This document shows, piece after piece, positions 38,071-47,004 of a DNA stretch of 64,000 nucleotides; the stretch's first letter is position 1; each line of letters starts with the position of its first letter. This DNA comes from an uncultured Gemmatimonadales bacterium (GTDB lineage: Bacteria > Gemmatimonadota > Gemmatimonadetes > Gemmatimonadales > GWC2-71-9), in NCBI GenBank assembly GCA_963825055.1, contig CAWGSK010000009.1, positions 224,001 through 288,000 of the forward strand, written 5' to 3'. The notes under the pieces were generated by a model. That model was not told the DNA's origin. It was given only the letters and a program-made list of their open reading frames with translations, and searched no databases. Position numbers and translations under genes: made by a program.

Positions 38071-39315
38071 ATGCGCTCCGCCACCATCGAATCCGGCCGT
38101 ATCGCCCTTCAGGCCCTGCGGGTCAATCCACTCCGGACCCTGCTCTCCACCCTCGGCATCATCATGGGGGTGGCCTCGCTCGTCGCGGTATTCGCGGTGG
38201 GCGACGGCCTCGAGCGGTATGCCCGCGAGCAGATTGCAACCACGTCCAGCCTCCAGGTGATGGCCGTCGTCCCCCGCACCTCGAGGGAGGTGGACGGCCA
38301 GCGCTTTCCCCGTGAGGACTATGTCCACTTCACCCTGGATGATGCGGAGCAGATGGGGGGAAGGCTCGGGACCGTTGGAACGGTAACCGTCACGCGGAAC
38401 GGCCGGACCCTGGCCTCCCTCCGCCCCGGCGCGCGCCCCCGCGCGGCCGTGCTCGTCGGCACCAGCGCCGGTTACCCGGCGGTCGCCATGGTCGACATCG
38501 ACACGGGTCGCTTCTTCACGGAGACAGAGGCACGCCAGGGCACCCGCGTGGTCGTGATCACGCCGGGTCTGGCCTCGGCGCTGGCGCAGGACTCGGCCAC
38601 GCGCCGAGGCACGGCTTCCGTCGGCGACACGATCTACCTCGGTGGCAGCCCATGGACGGTCATCGGGGTCACCAGGGCTGGCGGTGCAGACCAGCGCATG
38701 GCCTTCGTCCCGCTCCCGGCGGCTGACGGCGCCTTTGCCGCCCGCACCGGAGACCCGGCCCAGCTGCTCGCGCGGGCGGCGACGGTCGAGGACGTCGAAT
38801 CGATGCGCCGGAGCGCCGAGGCGTGGCTCGCGGAGCGGTGGCCGGGAGGGGACCAGGCCGAAGTGCAGACCCAGCAGGGTCGGGTGGAGCAGGCGCGTCG
38901 GGGCATGCTGCTGTTCAAGCTCTTCATGGGCGCGATCACCGGGATCTCGCTGCTGGTCGGCGGCATCGGAATCATGAACGTCCTGCTGGCCGCGGTGGCC
39001 GAGCGGACCCGCGAGATCGGCATCCGGAAGGCCACCGGTGCGCGTCAGCGGGACATCATGTTCCAGTTCCTGGCCGAATCCGTCACCATTACGGGTGTGG
39101 GGGCGTTCCTCGGCGTGCTCCTGGGGCTGGGCGGAGCGTTCCTCGTCACGGCCATCATGCGGGCGAAATCCGGCGGCCCGATCCAGGCCGCGTTCACCTG
39201 GCCCACGGTGATCTTCGCCGCAACGGCCGCCATCGTGATCGGGCTCGCCTTCGGTACCTATCCCGCGCTCCGGGCGGCACGACTCTCCCCCATCGACGCC
39301 ATTCGTCACGAATAA
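38071..39315 (+). CDS. ABC transporter permease, MacB/FtsX family
   Basis: LRTLLSTLGIIMGV, ISLLVGGIGIMNVLL..V.ERTREIGIRKA.GA, FLAES, YPALRAARLSPIDAIRHE. Confidence 0.92.
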   Translation: MRSATIESGRIALQALRVNPLRTLLSTLGIIMGVASLVAVFAVGDGLERYAREQIATTSSLQVMAVVPRTSREVDGQRFPREDYVHFTLDDAEQMGGRLGTVGTVTVTRNGRTLASLRPGARPRAAVLVGTSAGYPAVAMVDIDTGRFFTETEARQGTRVVVITPGLASALAQDSATRRGTASVGDTIYLGGSPWTVIGVTRAGGADQRMAFVPLPAADGAFAARTGDPAQLLARAATVEDVESMRRSAEAWLAERWPGGDQAEVQTQQGRVEQARRGMLLFKLFMGAITGISLLVGGIGIMNVLLAAVAERTREIGIRKATGARQRDIMFQFLAESVTITGVGAFLGVLLGLGGAFLVTAIMRAKSGGPIQAAFTWPTVIFAATAAIVIGLAFGTYPALRAARLSPIDAIRHE

Positions 39316-39322
39316 GCGGGTG

Positions 39323-39895
39323 TCAGGCCGGGGCCGTATTTCCCACCCTGGAATCGGTGCGCATTTCGTCGAGCCAGGCCAACTCCACCTCCATGTGCCG
39401 GATCGTCAACTCCACCATCCAGCGGGCTGACTGCGCCATCGGGCCTGAGGCATTACACAGGTCCGACCGCGTAGCGCGCTCCCGTTCCAGCTCCCCGCGC
39501 AGGAACCGGGACCGTCGCCCGATCTGGACTTCGACCACTCCGGGCCGGGCGAGATGCGACAGCGCCAGCCAGGTGAGAAACGGTGGCGGTGGCCGGCGCG
39601 TGGCCCAGGACGGCACTTCCAGCGCGTCGGAGAGGGCTTCCATGCCCGCTCCGGTCGGTCGCCACGGCTGCCTGTCCGGCCCCCGGGCCGCCCCCGGATC
39701 GGGGGCTTCTTCCACGAGCCCGAGGCGCGCCAGCTTCCGCAGCGAGTAATACACCTGAGGCCGGGAAATGCCGGCCCAGTCTTTCACCTCTCGCCGCTCG
39801 AGTTCGAGTGCCAGCTGATAGCCATGCATCGGCAGCTCGGCAAGCAGACTGAGGACCACGAGGTCGGGCGTGGTGAGAACCTCCACCGGGTTCAT
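39323..39895 (-). CDS. PadR family transcriptional regulator
   Basis: VLSLLAELPMHGYQL, VYYSL.KL...GLV, C-terminal ELAWL. Confidence 0.85.
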   Translation of the reverse strand: MNPVEVLTTPDLVVLSLLAELPMHGYQLALELERREVKDWAGISRPQVYYSLRKLARLGLVEEAPDPGAARGPDRQPWRPTGAGMEALSDALEVPSWATRRPPPPFLTWLALSHLARPGVVEVQIGRRSRFLRGELERERATRSDLCNASGPMAQSARWMVELTIRHMEVELAWLDEMRTDSRVGNTAPA

Positions 39896-40272
39896 TTGCC
39901 GTGGGCCGCAAATCCGACCACAGTACCACAGGGCGCCCGGACGAAGATCTCGTCAGCCCCGTAGAAGGTCTTCCGGCGTGGCACCACAACCGAAGCGGGA
40001 TCCAGCGAGGGGATGATCCCGTCCAGTGACTCGACCTCGAGGTAGAGCAGCGTGCGGGAACCGTCGTCCGCGAGCGCGGGGACGTCCGCCGCCACGCTCG
40101 CCCGGCTCTGGTACATGACCTCGATGCCGTCGCGCTCCAGAATCGTGAAACCCAGCGCGTCCCCCTGGGGCACTTCCACGGTCCGGGTGAATCCCAGGCG
40201 CTCTTCCCAGAAACTCAGGCAGGGTTCGATCCGTTCGACGGTGATAAGGGGGGTGAGTTTCCTGATCTTCAT
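39892..40272 (-). CDS. VOC/glyoxalase family protein
   Basis: LTPLITV, FWEERLGF, LYLEV, TFYGADEIFVR.P.G.VVGFA. Confidence 0.85.
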   Translation of the reverse strand: MKIRKLTPLITVERIEPCLSFWEERLGFTRTVEVPQGDALGFTILERDGIEVMYQSRASVAADVPALADDGSRTLLYLEVESLDGIIPSLDPASVVVPRRKTFYGADEIFVRAPCGTVVGFAAHGK

Positions 40273-40486
40273 GGCAGGCTCCAGGGAAGAGTGCAGGGAC
40301 AGCAGGGCGTGAGAGATACAGCGGCAGGGGGAGTACCGGCATGGCTGGCTCCCGGTTGGATGCCCTGCCGATCTAGTCTAAACAATAATACCGTCGGCGG
40401 AAGCCTGCCCGGGGGACCGTGGTCAGGTCTGGTCGATTAATTTGCTGCCGAATCCTCATGTCACTGCCCGGCCGGGAGGAAGTACC

Positions 40487-41914
40487 GTGAAGCGTGTCGT
40501 TTTCGTCCTGATCGATGGAGCACGGCCCGACGTCCTGCAGATGCTGCTGGACCGGGGGGAACTGCCCCATCTCTCCAGGCACGTTATCGAGCAGGGAAGC
40601 TGGACGACGGGCACGACGGTGTTCCCCTCGACCACGGGCGTCGGCTACATCCCATTCCTCTTCGGCCGGTATCCGGGAACCGCAGGCATCCCCGGCATCC
40701 GATGGCTGGACCGGGGGCGGGCCGGCGGCGGGTGGCGTGACCGCTGGACCGCGGCGCGGAGCTACTGCGGCATCCAGGGCGGCTGGATAAACCGTGACAT
40801 CGAGGCCGGCACCTCGATGTTCGACGCCGTCCCCAGCCAGGCGATCTGCACTCCGATCACCCGGGGCCTCCCCGGGGGCGCGCATCGGATGCCAATCAGG
40901 CGCATGCTGCTGGGAACCCCGGCACACTACACGGCCAATTATGCCTCGCTGGACAACGCCGTGGCCGAGAGCTGGGTGGCCGCACTGGATGATCCCTGGC
41001 GGTTCCTGTTCGTGGTATTTCCCGGCGTGGACGGGCTCACGCATTTCACCGATCCGTGGCATGAGACGGTGCTCGAGGCGTACCGGCTGGTGGACCGCGC
41101 CCTGGGGCGCTTCGTGGACCGCGCCCGGCAGCTCGGCGAGGCGCCCGGGATCATCGTGGCCTCCGACCATGGCGCCGACGCCATCCACCAGCACGAGGAC
41201 ATCGCCGTCTGGCTGGAAAATCACGGAGTACCCACCCTCAGGCACCCGATGCACGTCTGGCGGCGGGACGCCCGCGCGGCCTCGATGGTCTCCGGCAACG
41301 CCAGCGTGCAGATCTACCTCGAGCCCCGCTCCGGCCGCGTGACGCCCCGGACCGAGTCGGAGTTCCCGCCCGACCTCCTGCCGATGCTCGCGGGACTGCG
41401 CTCGGTGCGCCTCGCCGCCTTCCGCGACGATGACGGACGGGTGACAGTCATTCGCCGGAACGAGCGCGCCCATCTCGTGGAGGAGGACGACGTGATACGC
41501 TATCTCCCTGTCACGGGCGATCCGCTGGGGCTGGGCGGACCGGTGGAGGGACGTGACCGCGACGTCCTGGCCCGCTCGCTCAGCACCGACCTTCCCGACG
41601 CGCCGCGCCAGTTGCTTCAGGTCTTCGCAGCCCGGCGCGCCGGTGACATCATTCTCGCCGCCGCGCCGGGCTGCGACTTCCGGGGGCCCTGGGAAATTCC
41701 CGAGCATCGCTCGGGGCACGGAAGCCTGACCGCGGACCACATGCTGGTGCCGATCGCGGCGACCATCCCGCTCCCCGTGGCGCCGATGCGGACGGTGGAC
41801 CTCATGCCGACCATGCTGGAGATGCTGGACGTTCCGATTCCCCCCGGGCTCGACGGGCTCCCGGCGTCGGCCCTGGCCGCACTCCCTGAAGCGAGCTTTG
41901 ACCCGGTCGCATAG
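40487..41914 (+). CDS. Alkaline phosphatase superfamily protein (nucleotide pyrophosphatase/phosphodiesterase-like)
   Basis: GTG after GGGAGG. LIDGAR, VFPSTT (Thr nucleophile motif), D.LTH, SDHG, HGSL, RTVDLMPT. Confidence 0.85.
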   Translation: MKRVVFVLIDGARPDVLQMLLDRGELPHLSRHVIEQGSWTTGTTVFPSTTGVGYIPFLFGRYPGTAGIPGIRWLDRGRAGGGWRDRWTAARSYCGIQGGWINRDIEAGTSMFDAVPSQAICTPITRGLPGGAHRMPIRRMLLGTPAHYTANYASLDNAVAESWVAALDDPWRFLFVVFPGVDGLTHFTDPWHETVLEAYRLVDRALGRFVDRARQLGEAPGIIVASDHGADAIHQHEDIAVWLENHGVPTLRHPMHVWRRDARAASMVSGNASVQIYLEPRSGRVTPRTESEFPPDLLPMLAGLRSVRLAAFRDDDGRVTVIRRNERAHLVEEDDVIRYLPVTGDPLGLGGPVEGRDRDVLARSLSTDLPDAPRQLLQVFAARRAGDIILAAAPGCDFRGPWEIPEHRSGHGSLTADHMLVPIAATIPLPVAPMRTVDLMPTMLEMLDVPIPPGLDGLPASALAALPEASFDPVA

Positions 41915-42584
41915 CGTCTGGCTGCGCCCGAGGGGAACCCCTGTGTGGGACGGCATCCTCCGGGCCACCGGCGTGCTGGGAGTCGTCGGCATCGGACTGG
42001 TGCTCTGGTGGCCCCCGGCGGCGGGGCTGGTCGGCTTCCTCTGCATCACCATCTTCGTCAACGGGCCGCTCGCGCCGCTGCTCCCGGCCACCTACGAGCC
42101 CGTACTCATGGTGGCCGGGCGGGTCTATCCCCCGCTGGCGGTAGCACTCGTCGGCATCGCGGGGACCCTGTATGTCGAGTTCCTGAACTACCACCTGTAC
42201 CGCAAGGCGCTGTACCATCCGCGGCTGGACCGCGCCCGCGACTCCCGCGCCGTCCGGGCCACCGTGGCGCTGTTCGAGCGCGCGCCATTTTTCACCGTCT
42301 GGCTGTGCAGCTGGAGTCCACTGCCCTTCTGGGCCGTGCGATTCCTCGCGCCGCTCGCCGGTTATCCGGTCCGTCCCTATCTGCTGGCGACGTTCCTGGG
42401 ACGGGCCCCCCGGCTCTGGTTCTTCGCGGCGCTCGGCCTCTACGTCTCGGTGTCGACCCGGATCCTGGTCGGCGCGACGCTTATCATGATCACCATCGCC
42501 GTCACGGTCGCCATGCTCCGCGGCCGCCACGAAGTGCGCCGGGCCCGCGATCCGCTTCCCAGCCCTGGCGATGCAACACCATGA
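41898..42584 (+). CDS. DedA/VTT (TVP38-like) membrane protein
   Basis: Multiple TMs; SPLPF..R.LA...GY....YLLATFLGRAPR. Confidence 0.75.
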   Translation: MTRSHSVWLRPRGTPVWDGILRATGVLGVVGIGLVLWWPPAAGLVGFLCITIFVNGPLAPLLPATYEPVLMVAGRVYPPLAVALVGIAGTLYVEFLNYHLYRKALYHPRLDRARDSRAVRATVALFERAPFFTVWLCSWSPLPFWAVRFLAPLAGYPVRPYLLATFLGRAPRLWFFAALGLYVSVSTRILVGATLIMITIAVTVAMLRGRHEVRRARDPLPSPGDATP

Positions 42585-42596
42585 AAGGAATTTCCC

Positions 42597-42947
42597 ATGA
42601 CTTCATCTGCCCGCTGGACAGGCGCGGTCCTGTTTCTGGCCCTCGTGGCCACCGGATGCCGTCAGCAGGAGGCAGCCACGACCCCGGCATCACCCGATTC
42701 AGAACTGGGAACCCCCATGTCCGGTGACACGACGTTCCGGGCCACAGGGACCATCCACCGGGTGAACGTGGAGGGTGGCTGCTGGCGTTTCGACCTCGAA
42801 GGCGGCGGGCACTTCGAGCTCCGGGCCGGCGCCGATCCATCGATCCTGGTGGACGGCCGCCAGGCGACGCTCACCCTCCGGCCCCGGCCGGACCTGATGA
42901 GCGCCTGCCAGATCGGCCCGATCGCCGAGGTGGTAGACGGGGCCTGA
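42597..42947 (+). CDS. Hypothetical lipoprotein
   Basis: Lipobox LVATGC; VEGGCW and MSACQIG, a possible disulfide pair. Confidence 0.7.
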   Translation: MTSSARWTGAVLFLALVATGCRQQEAATTPASPDSELGTPMSGDTTFRATGTIHRVNVEGGCWRFDLEGGGHFELRAGADPSILVDGRQATLTLRPRPDLMSACQIGPIAEVVDGA

Positions 42948-42953
42948 GGATTC

Positions 42954-42984
42954 AAACCCCGTGCGCCCGACCGGCGTCTCATGG
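42954..42984 (+). promoter_or_regulatory. ECF promoter copy 1 (AAAC-N17-CGTC)
   Basis: AAACCCcgtgcgcccgaCCGGCGTCTCATGG; both boxes match the copy at 45015. Confidence 0.7.
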
Positions 42985-43553
42985 CAGTGGCGACCTCCAT
43001 CCTCACCCTCGGCTCCCTTGCCGCCTGCCCGGTTACGGGTCCGGCGATGAACCAGCTCGCCGCCGCGGCGGCCGGCGGGGACCGGCGTGCCTTCAGCGAG
43101 CTGCACCGCCGGACGGTGCCCCGGACCTACGCCCTCTGCCTTCGCCTCTCGGGTGACCCCGCACGTGCCGAGGAACTCACCCAGGACGTGTACGTCCGGG
43201 TGTGGGAGCGGCTCGCCTCGTTCCGGGGCGACAGCGCCTTCACGACGTGGCTGCATCGCCTGGCGGTCAACGTGGTCCTGAGCGAACGGCGGTCGGACCG
43301 GCGCCGGCGGCGGCACCAGGAAGCGGCACAGGGAGAAATCTTCCGGTCCCGACCCGCGCCTCCGGGCCTGGTGCTTGACCTCGAGCGCGCCATTGCGCGC
43401 CTGCCGGACGGCGCAAGAGAAGTGTTCGTCCTGTACGACATCGAAGGATACCGGCACGACGAAATCGCCGATGTGGCCGGCATCGCGGTGGGAACCTCCA
43501 AGGCCCAGCTGTTCCGCGCCCGCCGGCTGTTGAGGGAGATGCTCGACTCATGA
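42981..43553 (+). CDS. ECF RNA polymerase sigma factor (start may be GTG 42987 or ATG 43047)
   Basis: GDRRAFSEL, AEELTQDV, FRGDSAFTTWLHRLAVN, LPDGAREVFVLYDIEGYRHDEIA..GTSKAQLFRAR. Confidence 0.92.
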   Translation: MAVATSILTLGSLAACPVTGPAMNQLAAAAAGGDRRAFSELHRRTVPRTYALCLRLSGDPARAEELTQDVYVRVWERLASFRGDSAFTTWLHRLAVNVVLSERRSDRRRRRHQEAAQGEIFRSRPAPPGLVLDLERAIARLPDGAREVFVLYDIEGYRHDEIADVAGIAVGTSKAQLFRARRLLREMLDS

Positions 43554-44140
43554 ACTGCGACGAAGCCCTGGCCCTTCTGGACGACTTGCGCGCCGGCACC
43601 CTGCCCGACGCAGAGGCCGACCTGGTGCGCGCCCACCTGTCAGCCTGCCCAGCCTGCTCCGCCGACCTCGCCTTCCTCGATCGACTCGAGGGAGAGATCG
43701 CGCGGCTGCCCGGTGAGGTCCGGCCGTCGCGGGACCTGTGGCCGGGTATCGACGCGCGCCTCGCGCCCTCGCCCCCCGCGCGCCGACGGCTCGCGATCGC
43801 CGCAGTTATCGCGCTGCTGGCGATCGGGGCTGCCGCCGCGGCCGTGCTGCTCGCTCCGGCTCCTCCACCACACGACGGAATCGCCGCCATGGAAACCGAG
43901 TACCGCAGTGCGGCCAGCGACCTGCTCACCACTGTCGAGGCGCGCGATGGCATGCTCGCCCCGCGCGTGGTTCACGTCGTCGAGCAGAACCTGCGGATCA
44001 CCGATGCGGCGATCACGGAACTGCGGGATGCGCTCCGCGAACAGCCCGGGGACACCGGCCTCGAGTTGATGCTCCGGGCCGCCTGGGAAAAGAAGCTTGA
44101 CCTCCTGCGGCGGGCGGCCGCAGCATCCACGGAGGCCTGA
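43550..44140 (+). CDS. Anti-sigma factor (zf-HC2, single TM)
   Basis: MNCDE, HLSACPAC, DLWPGI, TM helix. C-terminus resembles that of 36649..37329 (NL.I.D.AI..KLDLLRRAA). Confidence 0.88.
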   Translation: MNCDEALALLDDLRAGTLPDAEADLVRAHLSACPACSADLAFLDRLEGEIARLPGEVRPSRDLWPGIDARLAPSPPARRRLAIAAVIALLAIGAAAAAVLLAPAPPPHDGIAAMETEYRSAASDLLTTVEARDGMLAPRVVHVVEQNLRITDAAITELRDALREQPGDTGLELMLRAAWEKKLDLLRRAAAASTEA

Positions 44141-44143
44141 CCG

Positions 44144-45016
44144 ATGCGACTCACCCCCGCCCTGCTCTGCCTCCTTATCCCCACGGTGCTTGCCGCGCAG
44201 GGGCCGGTCGTGCGCAACCAGGGCCTCGACGCCGACGCGGCGGTCAAGATCCACAACATGACCGGGCCGGTCACGGTTCATGGGTGGAACCGCGATTCCA
44301 TCGTGGTGCGTGCGGTGGAGGGCGATGGCCGCTTCTTCATGGGTGGCGGACGGAAGGGCGTGAAGCTCGGGCTGGACCTGCCACCAGGTACCACGCCTTC
44401 CAGGGAGGGCACCGTTGAGGTATGGCTGCCTGCCGGAGCGCGACTCTGGATCATCACCGCCGAAGGCCGGGTGGAAGTGGAGGGCATGACCGGCATGGTG
44501 GATGTGGCTTCCACCGCGGGCGCGGTGGCGGTGCGCGGCGCCCTCCGCGAGTTGAAGGTGGAGACGATGGACGGCGACGTCGCGCTGGATGCGCAGAGCC
44601 CCTGGATGCGCGCGAAGACGGCGAGCGGAAGCATCCGCATCTCCGGCGCCGGGGAGGACGTCGCCGCGGAGTCCGTGAGCGGGAGCATTGTGGTCAACGG
44701 GAAGAACGTCCGGCGCGCGCGGTTCGAGACGGTAACGGGCGATGTTGCCTGGCGCGGTACCCTGCTCCGGGACGGCTCGCTCGAGCTCGAGACCCACGCC
44801 GGTGGCATCGAGCTCCGCCTCCCGGCAGGGCTGGCGGCCGAGGTTGACGCGAACAGTTATCGCGGCGTGATTCGCGACAGCTGGGCCGGGCGCAAACCCG
44901 TTGCGTCCGCGGACGGGCTGGGCCAGGAACTCCACATGACGCAGGGTGACGGAAGCGCGCGGATCAGCGTGCGCACCTTCAAGGGGACCATCACTCTTCT
45001 TCCCGCAAGTCCTTAA
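44144..45016 (+). CDS. DUF4097-type exported beta-strand repeat protein
   Basis: Signal peptide; repeated T.xG.(V/I) motifs; C-terminal ISVRTFKGTI. Confidence 0.8.
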   Translation: MRLTPALLCLLIPTVLAAQGPVVRNQGLDADAAVKIHNMTGPVTVHGWNRDSIVVRAVEGDGRFFMGGGRKGVKLGLDLPPGTTPSREGTVEVWLPAGARLWIITAEGRVEVEGMTGMVDVASTAGAVAVRGALRELKVETMDGDVALDAQSPWMRAKTASGSIRISGAGEDVAAESVSGSIVVNGKNVRRARFETVTGDVAWRGTLLRDGSLELETHAGGIELRLPAGLAAEVDANSYRGVIRDSWAGRKPVASADGLGQELHMTQGDGSARISVRTFKGTITLLPASP

Positions 45017-45045
45017 ACCCTGCCCGCCTGGCCGGCGTCTCATGG
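45015..45045 (+). promoter_or_regulatory. ECF promoter copy 2 (AAAC-N17-CGTC)
   Basis: AAACCCtgcccgcctggCCGGCGTCTCATGG. Confidence 0.7.
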
Positions 45046-45083
45046 GGGAGCGCGACACTACCTTCCCATTCAGGAGACGCCCG

Positions 45084-45695
45084 ATGTTCACTCGACTCCG
45101 CACCTTCATCACCACCGCAGGCGTCTTCACCGCCCTCGTGGCAGTGGCACCCCGCGCGTGGGCAGGCCCGTCCTGGATCTCCGTGGAGCTGCCGGCCAAT
45201 CCATACATCGACGGCAGCCGGGGGGCCTACCTCCTCGTTCACCTTTACCATCACGGCACGGCAGTCGGCCTGATGCCCACCGGCAGTGCGGAGGGCCTGG
45301 TTGACGGGAAGCGCCGCAGCATCCCGCTGGAGATCACGCGGACCGGGCAGGCCGGCGTCTTTGCCGTGCGCTTCACTCCCGAAGCGCGGGGCACCTGGCT
45401 TCTCGTGATGCACGGCGGAGAGCATGGCAACCAGGCCAGCGCCGTGGTGAGCCTCCGGACCGACGGCACCGTGTCCGGGGTGGAGGTTCCCACCCGCCAG
45501 GATGGGCGCTGGACCATCCCCGTACCGGTCACGGACCAGGACGTGAACGCCATGCTGGCGCGCCAAGCCGCCCTGGGGGGGAACGGAGCCCGCGCCACCC
45601 CGGGGTCGGCAGGGCATGGCGGCACGATCTCCGCGGGGCTGGCGGTGCTGGCGCTGCTTCCGCTCGGCGTCCAGGTGCGTCGTCGCCTTGCCTGA
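45084..45695 (+). CDS. Hypothetical exported protein with C-terminal TM and basic tail
   Basis: ATG after AGGAG; signal peptide ending AWA; C-terminus HGGTISAGLAVLALLPLGVQVRRRLA. Confidence 0.7.
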   Translation: MFTRLRTFITTAGVFTALVAVAPRAWAGPSWISVELPANPYIDGSRGAYLLVHLYHHGTAVGLMPTGSAEGLVDGKRRSIPLEITRTGQAGVFAVRFTPEARGTWLLVMHGGEHGNQASAVVSLRTDGTVSGVEVPTRQDGRWTIPVPVTDQDVNAMLARQAALGGNGARATPGSAGHGGTISAGLAVLALLPLGVQVRRRLA

Positions 45696-45703
45696 GAGCC
45701 GGT

Positions 45704-47004
45704 TCAGCGCTCCTGCGCGCTGAGCATCGCGTCAAGGTCCTGCCGGGTATACAGATGCCCGCGCAGGACCACCGCGCCGATGCGGCTGGTGCTGGTGATG
45801 TCTTCCAGGGGGTTTTCCTCGAGCAGGAGCAGGTCGGCGACCGCCCCGGTGCGGATCACGCCCAGCGTATCCCCGCCGAAATAGGAACCCACCTGGAGGG
45901 TGGAGGTGGCCAGGGCCTGGGCAGGCGTGAGGCCCGCGGCCACGAGCAGGGCAAGTTCATCATGCAGGCTGAAGCCGGGCATCGAGTACAGGACGCCCGC
46001 ATCGGTCCCCGCGAGCAGCGGCACGCCGTGCCGGGCCATGGCTCCCACCAGCCATCGTTCGTCCTCGAATCGTTCGATGCGTGCCAGGCGCGTGGCCGAG
46101 TCAGCCCTGAGCCTGGCCGCCAGCGCGCCCTTCCAGTCACGCCGGACGAGGTCGGGCATGTACCGCAATCGAGTTTCCTGGCGCCGGCTGTCGTCCTCCG
46201 GATGGGTTTTGTTGTAGAGGATGACCATTGTCGGCGTCTGCCAGACGTGACCGCGGGCAAACGCCGCGAAGATCGTGTCGCATGCCGCGGCGGTCCGAGG
46301 CGTACAGAACGGGGCGATCTCGTCCCTCAGGTGTTCGATGCTCCGCATGCCGAGCTCTGCCGCTTCCAGTGGGGACACACCGGCGGGCAGGTGCCCCGCC
46401 ACCGGCAGGCCGCGGTCGCGCGCGGCCGCCATGGCCGCCCGGAATGCCTCCGGTGGCAGCAGCGTGTAGACCTTGATGAAGTCCACATTGCGTCGGGCGA
46501 GCGAATCGACCGCGCGCCGGGCTTCGCCGGGATCGGCGATGGCCACGCTCACTTCGGGTGACACCGGCTCGGGCCCGTCCAGGATGGGGCCGGCGGCAGC
46601 AATGCGGGGGGCCGTCAGGGAGCTGTCGTGGATCGCGCGCATGACGCTGTCACGCACGTCGAGCAGCCCTCCCATGTCGCGGATCCCGGTCACGCCGTTG
46701 GCGACGAACAGGGGCAGGAACGTCCGTGCCACCTCGTTGTCCCAGAGCGCGTGGACGTGCATGTCCCAGAGGCCGGGAATCAGGTAACGGCCGCCGCCGT
46801 CCACCACCGTCGCGACCTCGGTGGCACCCTCGTCCGCAGCTCCGACCCGGATGATGTGCCCGTCACGGATCAGCACGGTGCGGCCCGGGACGACACTGTC
46901 CGCCTCGATGTCAACGACCGAGACGTTGGTGATGGCAAGGGAGCCGGCTGGTGGGCCACAGGCGGCGGCAGGGCGAGGACCGCCGCGGCGCTGGGCAGCC
47001 TCAC
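45704..47004 (-). CDS. Amidohydrolase family protein, probable lipoprotein (appears fused to the upstream gene in this sequence)
   Basis: IPGLWDMHVH, ANGVTGIRDMG, DFIKVY, AGH, SIEH, LLAGTD, SLHDEL, ADLLLL..NPL. Probable own GTG start at 47004. Confidence 0.8.
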
